In this document: positions 8,691 through 16,333 of the stretch, one piece after another | How the letters are laid out: each line of letters opens with the position of its first letter | Position numbering within the stretch: position 1 is the stretch's first letter | Assembly: GCA_007117255.1 (NCBI GenBank) | Contig: SKGU01000011.1 | Coordinates: forward strand, 1-34,274 | DNA: 34,274 nt | Direction: 5' to 3' | From: Natronohydrobacter sp. | Lineage (GTDB): Bacteria > Pseudomonadota > Alphaproteobacteria > Rhodobacterales > Rhodobacteraceae | Notes under the pieces: generated by a model | Seen by the model: the letters and a program-made list of their open reading frames with translations, nothing else | The model's database searches: none | Told to the model about the DNA's origin: nothing | Program-made: the position numbers and the translations under genes

Positions 8691-11600
8691 TTATTGCCGA
8701 TCCGGCCAGCGCTCAGTGGCACCAGCGCGGAAAAACAACGTATCGTCTGGCCCACCAATGGCCGCAAGTCGTATCCAGACCGACCTGATTTCATCATCCA
8801 GCGCGTCAGTCTCGAACAGCATGACCTCGCCACCTGTGTCCTGACCCAGCCCGATTTCGATGATCACCTGTGCGACGGGATCTTCCGGGTCGCGGTTCCA
8901 GCGCGGCTCAAACCGCTGCCATTGTGCATCATGGCCTGTCGCGTCGGCCATGAAGGGCGTCATAAGCGCCAGCATGTCCAGCATTGCCGGGGCCGAAGGG
9001 GCCCCACGCCACAATTCGTCATAAGATGGGCGGAAGTTCTGCGGGGAATCGACGGGCTGCATGTCAGACCAGTCGGCAATATGCGGGATGATGGATTGCG
9101 CGATCTGACAGTGAAATCCCATGCAATCGCGCTGGGGTGCGTCGATCACGGCGCGGCTGGCAGACAGGATGTCGGCTGAGATGCCGCGCAAGGGCCGCAT
9201 GGCAAAGCGCCAGATCACATCCGGCCCCTCGCCGAAGGCTTCTGGATCAGCCGTTTTATCGGCCCCATGCGCCGCGACCTGCTGTGCATGATGCGCAGGG
9301 CCAAGATTGAAGCGGCGCAGTTCGACCACTTCGATCCACTCATTCCCACCAATATCGGAAACCCCGCCCGTTTCAATCTGACTCAGCGTCATGTGATAGC
9401 GCACATGCGGCAGGCGGCCGTCGATGGCCTGCGCTGCAACGACAGCTTTTGTCAGAGGGGACAGGCCATGGCCGGGGGCAAAGGCGCTATCCTGCGCGTA
9501 ATGCAGGATATTCGCGATGCTCTGTTCAAGCTTGAACGTATCAAAATCCGTCATGCCCGGTGCATCGGTAAAGCTCCGCGCCACTTCCAGCACATTCGGT
9601 GTATCCGCTTCGAACATCAGATTTGCGCCATCGGCCCAGGCCACGCCATCCGGCGGGATGGTGGGGTCAAGGACTTCGATCCATTCAATGCCGGCCGCCA
9701 TTTGGGTATTGCCACTTGGGGTGACCCCGACCGCATCGGGCTGTAACAAACCGACGATGGGCGCTTCAACCGAAGGCGCTGCGCGCAAATACAGCACCTC
9801 GTTCGGCGCAATCCCGATCACGCGAAGCTGGCCGACAGCGGCGGGCGTTGACGGGACAGGCGCGGCGTCAGCCGCGAGGAATTGCGCATTCACCCAGCCA
9901 GTACCACCGGGCAGGACAGGATTGGCAATCTGCCACCAAGTTCCCCCATCCGCGGCCTGCGCGCTCTGGCCAGTCGGCGTGATGCCGCTGGCATTGGGCG
10001 GCAGCATCCCGACAATCGTGTTTTCGACCCCCGGTCCGCTGCGCACATTCAGCACATCATCGGCTGCGACCCCGGTTACACGGTAGCTTGCTGTTGCGAT
10101 CTGGGGCAGATCGGTCTGCATTAGCGGTGCTGGCGCTTGCGCAACTGGTGCGGCCCCTGTTGGCGCGGCGGTTGCAGGGGCAGCCGTCGCTGGCACAGAC
10201 ACCGAGGAGGCCGCTTGTTGCCATTGTGCCGCCGATTGCGCCGGTCCAGTTGCGGCGCCGGGCCATTGCGCTGGTGCCAGCGGCGTGGTCAAGGCAAAGG
10301 CCAGTTGCGGTGCCACCGCTTCGCGCGATAGCAGTTCGGTTAGCAGAGCAAGCGCAGGCAGGCCCAGCGCAGCAATGGCCTCGCGCAATTCCAACGTCTG
10401 GGCCAACGTCACCTGCTCGATGCTCTCGGACAACTCTGCTATCTGTGCCTCGATCCCAGCAAGATCTTCGGCCACTTCCGCTGGTGCGGGATCTTCGATC
10501 TCATCACGACTGACAACGTTCAGCGTCGTTCGCGCCATCAGCCGTCCATGGAGATTCCGTTGATCCCTGAAACGTTGAGGGGGGTTGAAGTGAAACCGCA
10601 CCTCGTATTCGCCGGTATTGCGCGGGGCGGTGCGGGTGAATACCCCCGGCCCCTCGGTCGCGTCGATAGCATTTCTGTGCCGCGCGCCCCGATTGACCAG
10701 GTCGTCATCAGCACGGTGCGTGTGCCGGATCACCAGATGTCCATCCATGACCGGATTCATGTAAACCTCAAATCCCTGACGCGGGGCGACGGCGTCCGGC
10801 ACCTGCAAGTCGATATCAATATCGACAAGCTCGATCTGCTGACGTGCAATGATCCGGTAGTCCGAAGCCTCTTGGCGGCGCAGGCGCAACTCATAAATTC
10901 CCGGTGTATCGCCAGCGCGCCGATAGACACGATCCTCATCAAATATCCGGAACATGTTGCGACCGCTTGGTCCACGCAAGGCATCGTCCGGCACATCGGG
11001 CCTGACCAGAATGATGTTGTCGAAAGTGGCCCTGTCATCATAGGTGATGTACACGGGCACCAAAGAACCCACCGGAGCGACGGTCGGGGCGCTGAAATAC
11101 CCCCCCGGACTGGGTTGCATCGGCCCAAAAGCGACCTCGCTCAGGACCGTTCCAGCAAGTGGCTGCAATTGCGGGTGGTCATCCATAGGATCAGCCCCGA
11201 TCAGGTCCACAAGCTTCTCCTCGCCGCTGGAGCTGTCGAGGGAACTGACCTCTGCCGCCTGAGGCGCAACGGGTGGCCCGCTCGCAGATGTCTGCGCCGG
11301 ATCGCCGATGGTTTCGGCTGTATCCACGCTTCCGACCGTCTGGCCCGTCTCGGTTGCTGCTGTGGTGGCGGGTGCAGATTCAGGCGATGGGTCTGCATTA
11401 TGTGTCATGGTAAAGACCAGCCCGAAATTCAGCGGCGCGCCGTCGTGGTCGCGTTCCTCAAGAAGCGGACCCGGCGGCACGGCATCCCCTGCCCCAGCAC
11501 GAACCAGTGCGCGCAAGTTTGCGAGCGCTTCGAAATGTTCAGGTACTGAGATAATCCGCAAGGCAAGATACTGCCCTTCACCCACTTCTGCATCATCAAG

Positions 11601-11996
11601 GAACCCGTCAAACGTGGCTGCATCCTGGCCTGCAGGGACTTCGTGAAAGGTGACAACCTCTGTCCCGGCAAAGCTCTGCCGGTCATCCATGCGGCATGTG
11701 AAGGCGATGACGCCAGGCTTTCGGGTGGGCGCATCCAACTCGCCTTGGGACGCCACGAAATTGTCTATGCGATAGGAGACCCGGCCTGCAGCAAGCGGGT
11801 CAGGGTGGTTGAGCCAGAAAGTCAGGTTGGCCTGCGGGTTGACCATATGTCGTATTTGTTCCCCCTCAGAGGTGGCAATTGAATAACCGCCGCTGCACAG
11901 TTCCAATGCCGGATTGGCGAGCACGCCCCCCATCGGCAGCGCGCAAATCATCGCAGCGAGAAAGCAAGGGCGCGAAAACGAAAGAACTGCGGGCAT
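8691..11996 (-). CDS. Large (1101 aa) exported modular protein: N-terminal domain, two Ig-like repeats, helical segment, Ala/Pro linkers, two SH3b domains, C-terminal domain of unknown function
   Basis: Signal peptide after an AGGAG RBS. Ig-like repeats end in PGIYELR..IIARQQIEL and TGEYEVR..LMARTTLNV. SH3b repeats YRVTGVAADDVLNVRSGPG...GWVNAQFL and LRVIGIAPNEVLYLRAAPS...AWADGANL. Confidence 0.85.
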   Translation of the reverse strand: MPAVLSFSRPCFLAAMICALPMGGVLANPALELCSGGYSIATSEGEQIRHMVNPQANLTFWLNHPDPLAAGRVSYRIDNFVASQGELDAPTRKPGVIAFTCRMDDRQSFAGTEVVTFHEVPAGQDAATFDGFLDDAEVGEGQYLALRIISVPEHFEALANLRALVRAGAGDAVPPGPLLEERDHDGAPLNFGLVFTMTHNADPSPESAPATTAATETGQTVGSVDTAETIGDPAQTSASGPPVAPQAAEVSSLDSSSGEEKLVDLIGADPMDDHPQLQPLAGTVLSEVAFGPMQPSPGGYFSAPTVAPVGSLVPVYITYDDRATFDNIILVRPDVPDDALRGPSGRNMFRIFDEDRVYRRAGDTPGIYELRLRRQEASDYRIIARQQIELVDIDIDLQVPDAVAPRQGFEVYMNPVMDGHLVIRHTHRADDDLVNRGARHRNAIDATEGPGVFTRTAPRNTGEYEVRFHFNPPQRFRDQRNLHGRLMARTTLNVVSRDEIEDPAPAEVAEDLAGIEAQIAELSESIEQVTLAQTLELREAIAALGLPALALLTELLSREAVAPQLAFALTTPLAPAQWPGAATGPAQSAAQWQQAASSVSVPATAAPATAAPTGAAPVAQAPAPLMQTDLPQIATASYRVTGVAADDVLNVRSGPGVENTIVGMLPPNASGITPTGQSAQAADGGTWWQIANPVLPGGTGWVNAQFLAADAAPVPSTPAAVGQLRVIGIAPNEVLYLRAAPSVEAPIVGLLQPDAVGVTPSGNTQMAAGIEWIEVLDPTIPPDGVAWADGANLMFEADTPNVLEVARSFTDAPGMTDFDTFKLEQSIANILHYAQDSAFAPGHGLSPLTKAVVAAQAIDGRLPHVRYHMTLSQIETGGVSDIGGNEWIEVVELRRFNLGPAHHAQQVAAHGADKTADPEAFGEGPDVIWRFAMRPLRGISADILSASRAVIDAPQRDCMGFHCQIAQSIIPHIADWSDMQPVDSPQNFRPSYDELWRGAPSAPAMLDMLALMTPFMADATGHDAQWQRFEPRWNRDPEDPVAQVIIEIGLGQDTGGEVMLFETDALDDEIRSVWIRLAAIGGPDDTLFFRAGATERWPDRQ

Positions 11997-11997
11997 G

Positions 11998-12792
11998 TCA
12001 GGCTCCTGTCGCGGATTTGAGGGCAGAAACGTCAGCGCTTGGCAGCGCTGTCTGCATCAGGTCATGCCCCATTGTTGCAAAGATCGAGATTTGATTGGGG
12101 TCGCTCAACGCCTCGCGCAGATACAGCATCATCCCGAAGTCATCGATGACCATGCGTGCCGGATTGGTCATCGGATTGATGGCCGACCAGCGTGTCAGCA
12201 GACGGGCAATTTCAGCCATATTGAAGCATGGAGTCGGATCGCGCGTGGCCAAGACAGTGATCTCATTGCTGCCCTGCACTGGCTGACGCGACAGCGCGTC
12301 AAGATCGCGCGCATGGGTCTGGCCAAGCATGTGGCGCAACTCCTGCCGCAAGCGGCGTTCTTCCATTCCAGCGATATCACGCAGTGGATCAAAGGGCGTT
12401 TTGCTCGTCTTCTGGATGGCCCCGGCAAACACCGCCAGTTGGCGCGAAAACACCGGGCCGGGCGCACGAAAGATCGTATCACCGGGAATATCGGCATAAT
12501 TGCGGTGGGCACTCGATCTGGTGGCGCTGGTGATCACTATTTCCCAGGCTTCGGGATCATCCTTGGCACAGATTGTCCTGACAGCAGCCGATTTGCGACC
12601 AAATCCCGGTTTCGGGCCAGTGTAGTGATGCTGCCAGTTCCGCCGCTCGACCAGCACATCCATGGGGTCGCGCGCGTTCTTCGACCACTTCAGAGGGTTC
12701 CTGCGGTCACGCATGACGGCATAGACCAGCAAAGCAAACAAGCCAAGCGAGAGCAGGACCGTGTTCAGTTCTTCGCGCAAGATGTCCGTCAT
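11998..12792 (-). CDS. Hypothetical protein with an N-terminal transmembrane anchor
   Basis: TVLLSLGLFALLVYAVM followed by basic residues, with an AAGGG RBS. Tightly packed in the cluster (27 bp and 1 bp gaps). Confidence 0.7.
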   Translation of the reverse strand: MTDILREELNTVLLSLGLFALLVYAVMRDRRNPLKWSKNARDPMDVLVERRNWQHHYTGPKPGFGRKSAAVRTICAKDDPEAWEIVITSATRSSAHRNYADIPGDTIFRAPGPVFSRQLAVFAGAIQKTSKTPFDPLRDIAGMEERRLRQELRHMLGQTHARDLDALSRQPVQGSNEITVLATRDPTPCFNMAEIARLLTRWSAINPMTNPARMVIDDFGMMLYLREALSDPNQISIFATMGHDLMQTALPSADVSALKSATGA

Positions 12793-12819
12793 GGTGGTTT
12801 TCCCTTCGGCGGCGCGTGC

Positions 12820-13797
12820 TCAGTGCTGCATCTCCACCAGCTCCACGCGTCGGTTCAGGGCGCGACCCGCTTCAGTTCGGTTGGTGGTGATGGGTGCCAT
12901 CATGCCAGCACCAGCAGCCTGCAATCGCTGACCGGAAATTCCGTGCTGGTTTGTCAGATAGTCCACCACGGCCTGTGCGCGCGCCATCGACAGGCTGAGA
13001 TTGTAGTCATAGCCGCCAGTATTGTCGGTATGGCCGACGACCAGCAAGGCAAGGCCAGAGGCGTCACGCATCAACTCGGCCACTGTCGCCAGCGCGTCAG
13101 CCGACTCTGGCATGATGCCTGCAGAGTCGAATTCGAAAAGGATATCCTGCACGGCAACGCGGCCATCGTCGATCAACCCGGTTTCCATCTCATTCGCGGT
13201 CAAGGGCTGGTGGTCCATTTCAGTGCCCATCTCGGCCGATTTGATCACGGCGATTTCCACCGCCGGACCGGGTACGCGGCGTTCATTGAAAGCCGCGATC
13301 CCCGCCATCACAGAGCCGTCCGCCGAGCGTGCCGCGATGTAGCGCAGATCGCGGTTGCTGGCACGGGTGGCCAGCCGGCAGCAATCGCGCGCGCCACGAC
13401 TGAAGATATCGGTGCCATTGTAAAAGGACCGCCCTTCACCACTGCCCAGCGCGTCATGCGAGTCGGCATACAGGATCTCGAAGCCGCGCGCCTGCAATGC
13501 GTCGATGTAATTGCGCTTGATTTGCAGGGTCGAGATATCGGGGTTGTCGAATGTGTAGCTGAGCTTGAGCACCTCGCCTTCCAGCGTTTGAGCACTTTCA
13601 AATTCATCCCCGGCATATGGCCCGGTTGGGATAGTGGCGCGGTCGAACTCGGTGCGCTGGAAATACACAATATTTGATCCAGCAACGCGTGGAATATCTT
13701 CATGGTCATGAGCCCCGTCGATATCAGCCAATGCAGGTGTTGCGCATGCCAGCGCAACCACCGTGATGCCGGACCAAAGCAGCCGAGTTTTGTGCAT
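12820..13797 (-). CDS. OmpA-family peptidoglycan-binding protein with N-terminal DUF4892-like domain
   Basis: Signal peptide after a GAGGAG RBS. N-domain DIDGAHDHEDIPRVAGSNI...STLQIKRNYIDAL. C-terminal ILFEFDSA...VVGHTDNTG..YNLSLSMARAQAV...GRALNRRVEL is an OmpA_C domain. Confidence 0.9.
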   Translation of the reverse strand: MHKTRLLWSGITVVALACATPALADIDGAHDHEDIPRVAGSNIVYFQRTEFDRATIPTGPYAGDEFESAQTLEGEVLKLSYTFDNPDISTLQIKRNYIDALQARGFEILYADSHDALGSGEGRSFYNGTDIFSRGARDCCRLATRASNRDLRYIAARSADGSVMAGIAAFNERRVPGPAVEIAVIKSAEMGTEMDHQPLTANEMETGLIDDGRVAVQDILFEFDSAGIMPESADALATVAELMRDASGLALLVVGHTDNTGGYDYNLSLSMARAQAVVDYLTNQHGISGQRLQAAGAGMMAPITTNRTEAGRALNRRVELVEMQH

Positions 13798-14033
13798 ATG
13801 GTAGTCTCCTCTGAAAACTGCGCATCACATGATACGCTCAGAGCATGATCAGATGCCCCCTCTGAACAGAGGGGTTTTGTGCCTGGGCGCAGTCTCGATA
13901 CGCACAAAGATGCGCTGCCACATGCTGCGGTGATGTGCAGCGCCGCGCATTGGGCCCCGTGGCTTGGGTTGGAAAAATGGCGCAGACTTGAAAATCTTCA
14001 TTGTATTGATTTGAGATCATCGATAGCCTGACC

Positions 14034-14207
14034 GCGATGGTGCCCGTATTCACGGGAGAATAGGGAAACCGGTGCGGGGGAAATCCCCCCAATTCCGGTG
14101 CTGCCCCCGCAACTGTAAGCGGTCAGGCCCTTCAACTGCCACTGGATCAAGCTGATCTGGGAAGGCGAAGAGGCCGCTAAGCCGCAAGCCAGGAGACCTG
14201 CCATCGT
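14034..14207 (+). ncRNA. Cobalamin (AdoCbl) riboswitch
   Basis: GGTG...AATAGGGAA.CCGGTG...AATTCCGG.GCTGCCCCCGCAACTGT...GCCACTGG...GGGAAGG...AGCCAGGAGACCTGCC (B12 box). P1 pairing CGATGG/CCATCG. Confidence 0.96.
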
Positions 14208-14325
14208 GACTTGAAATTCCAATTCGGGCGGGGAGTCCGGAAGCGAGGAAGCATGTTAAACACGATTGTGTTCGTGACGCATCGGTGTCACGACGGCATT
14301 GCCCCTGCCTCTTCTGGCAGGAGGC

Positions 14326-14613
14326 ATGATGGGTCACGTTAGACTCGACGCGAAAACTTTTACAGGCTGTCCGCAAGTCCACAAACCCTGCCCGCTGGTC
14401 TTTGCGTTTCTGGCGCGCTTGACGCATGGAATGGCACTTGCGACCGACGTCACGGGGCAATGCTCCGACATGACGGGCGCACTATGGCTGAACGATTGCC
14501 CGCTGGGTCAGAGGTGCCAGCTTTCATGGCATAGCCAGGACGGGATTGTATGCGTGCATGACGGGGTGCGGCAACTCTTGCAAATGCCGCTTTGCGAAGC
14601 TGGTGCAGCATGA
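14326..14613 (+). CDS. Small Cys/His-rich hypothetical protein, first gene of the riboswitch-controlled transporter operon
   Basis: GGAGG RBS before ATGATG (14326/14329). Seven Cys, including C-x6-C and C-x5-C. Stop overlaps the ABC ATPase start (ATGA at 14610-14613). Confidence 0.6.
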   Translation: MMGHVRLDAKTFTGCPQVHKPCPLVFAFLARLTHGMALATDVTGQCSDMTGALWLNDCPLGQRCQLSWHSQDGIVCVHDGVRQLLQMPLCEAGAA

Positions 14614-15401
14614 GTTGCCCTGCCCCGGAACCTGCCACCCTGCGACTTGAATCCGTTGCATGGGGCAGAGGAATTCTTGCGCCCGTCACACTGACCTTGC
14701 AGCCTGGCCGTGTCCTAGGCGTGCTAGGGGCAAATGGCGCGGGAAAATCAACGCTTCTGCGGATGATCTACAGATTTCACAGGCCAGAAACTGGTCGCGT
14801 TTTGCTGGATGGGCAGGATATCCATCTTCTGCCTGCGCGCGCGGTTGCGCAGAGGATCGCTGCCGTATTGCAGGAACAGCCCACCGATTTTGCCCTCACT
14901 GTAGGCGAAATCGTGGCGCTGGGCAGGGCGCCACATCGGCGCGCACTGGCAGGCCCTTCTGCGCAGGATGCGCATATTGTCGAACATGCGCTAAAGCGCC
15001 TGTCACTGCAGAGCTTCGCACACAGGCCCTTCGGCACCCTGTCCGGCGGCGAGCGTCAGCGCGTCATGGTGGCAAGAGCACTGGCGCAGGAACCGGGGTT
15101 GATCGTTCTGGACGAGCCGACCAACCATCTGGACATTCGCCACCAGCTTGAGGTGTTGCGCCTTGTGCGCGGGCTTGGGGTAACGGTCGTGGCCTCGTTG
15201 CATGATCTCAATCTCGTGCAGGGCTTTGCGGATGATCTGCTGGTTCTGAAAGGCGGCCAGGCGCTGGCCTTTGGCCCTGTCGACCAGGTGCTGGCCCCGG
15301 ACCTGATTGCGCGCGCCTTTGGTGTGCATGCTGTCCCGCGCGGGACGGGGCGCTTCGATTTTTCCCTTTTCGACCCCATGCAACAGGAGAGACCTGCATG
15401 A
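14610..15401 (+). CDS. ABC transporter ATP-binding subunit (FepC/BtuD-like)
   Basis: Walker A GANGAGKST, signature LSGGERQRV, Walker B LIVLDEPTNHLD, H-loop SLHDLN. Confidence 0.95.
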   Translation: MSCPAPEPATLRLESVAWGRGILAPVTLTLQPGRVLGVLGANGAGKSTLLRMIYRFHRPETGRVLLDGQDIHLLPARAVAQRIAAVLQEQPTDFALTVGEIVALGRAPHRRALAGPSAQDAHIVEHALKRLSLQSFAHRPFGTLSGGERQRVMVARALAQEPGLIVLDEPTNHLDIRHQLEVLRLVRGLGVTVVASLHDLNLVQGFADDLLVLKGGQALAFGPVDQVLAPDLIARAFGVHAVPRGTGRFDFSLFDPMQQERPA

Positions 15402-16333
15402 AAATTCTTCCCTTGAGCCTGATCGCCACAAGCATCGCGTTTCCGGCATTTGCCCACCCTGTCACAGTCCAAAGCTGCGACCGCGAGGTGACTTTCGATG
15501 CGCCCCCGGCCCGCGCGGCCAGCAATGACGTGAACCTGACCGAGATGATGCTGGTGCTTGGCCTGACCGACCGCATGATCGGCTATACCGGGATTTCCGG
15601 CTGGAACAAGCTGGACGAGGACATGCGTGCTGGCGTGTCCGAACTGCCCGAACTGTCCGAGCGCTACCCGACCCGTGAGGTGCTGATCGGTGCAGATCTG
15701 GATTTCTGGTTCGCGGGCTGGAATTACGGCATGCGGGTGGGCGGTGAAGTGACGCCAGAAACGCTCGCGCCGTTCGGCATTGCAGTCTATGAGCTGACCG
15801 AAAGCTGCATCCATATCATGTCGCGCGAGCGCGTCGCGATCGACGATATGTTCAATGATATTCGCAATCTGGGCAAGATTTTCGGCGAAGATGCCCGCGC
15901 GGAAGACTTGATTGCCGGCTGGCAGGCGGAACTCGACGAGATTGCAGCGACACTCCCCGACAGCGAACCGCTGCGCGTCTTTGTCTATGACAGCGGCGAA
16001 GATACGCCCTTCACATCGGGCCGCTTTGCCATGCCAACCGCGATGATCGAGGCCGCGGGCGGGCGCAACATCATGGATGATGTGGAAACCTCATGGACCC
16101 GCGTGGCCTGGGAGCCCGTGGTCGAGCGCAACCCCGAAGTGATCATCATCGTGAATTACGGTGAAGTGACCGCCGAACAGAAGAAGGATTTCATGCGATC
16201 GAACCCAGCCTTTGCCGAAATTGACGCGGTGAAGAACGACCGTTTCGTGGTGCTGGAATATGTCGAGGCCACACCGGGGCCACGCAATATCCGCGCTGTC
16301 CACGCCTTGGCCGAAGCCTTCCACGGAGAATGA
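15398..16333 (+). CDS. ABC transporter periplasmic substrate-binding protein (cobalt/cobalamin, class III helical backbone)
   Basis: Signal peptide AFA-HPVTVQSC, then VTFDAPPARAAS, EMMLVLGL, AGGRNI, VERNPEVI and AVKNDRF. Lies downstream of a B12 riboswitch. Confidence 0.9.
   Translation: MKILPLSLIATSIAFPAFAHPVTVQSCDREVTFDAPPARAASNDVNLTEMMLVLGLTDRMIGYTGISGWNKLDEDMRAGVSELPELSERYPTREVLIGADLDFWFAGWNYGMRVGGEVTPETLAPFGIAVYELTESCIHIMSRERVAIDDMFNDIRNLGKIFGEDARAEDLIAGWQAELDEIAATLPDSEPLRVFVYDSGEDTPFTSGRFAMPTAMIEAAGGRNIMDDVETSWTRVAWEPVVERNPEVIIIVNYGEVTAEQKKDFMRSNPAFAEIDAVKNDRFVVLEYVEATPGPRNIRAVHALAEAFHGE

Noticed and set aside
8160-9179. 339-aa plus-strand ORF (likewise 10548-11549)
   Set aside because: Opposite the exported-protein genes, which have signal peptides, RBSs and operon coupling. 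No domain evidence.
11914-13677. 587-aa plus-strand ORF
   Set aside because: Antisense shadow of the ompA and membrane-protein genes. No recognisable motifs, and long stop-free antisense frames are common in GC-rich DNA.
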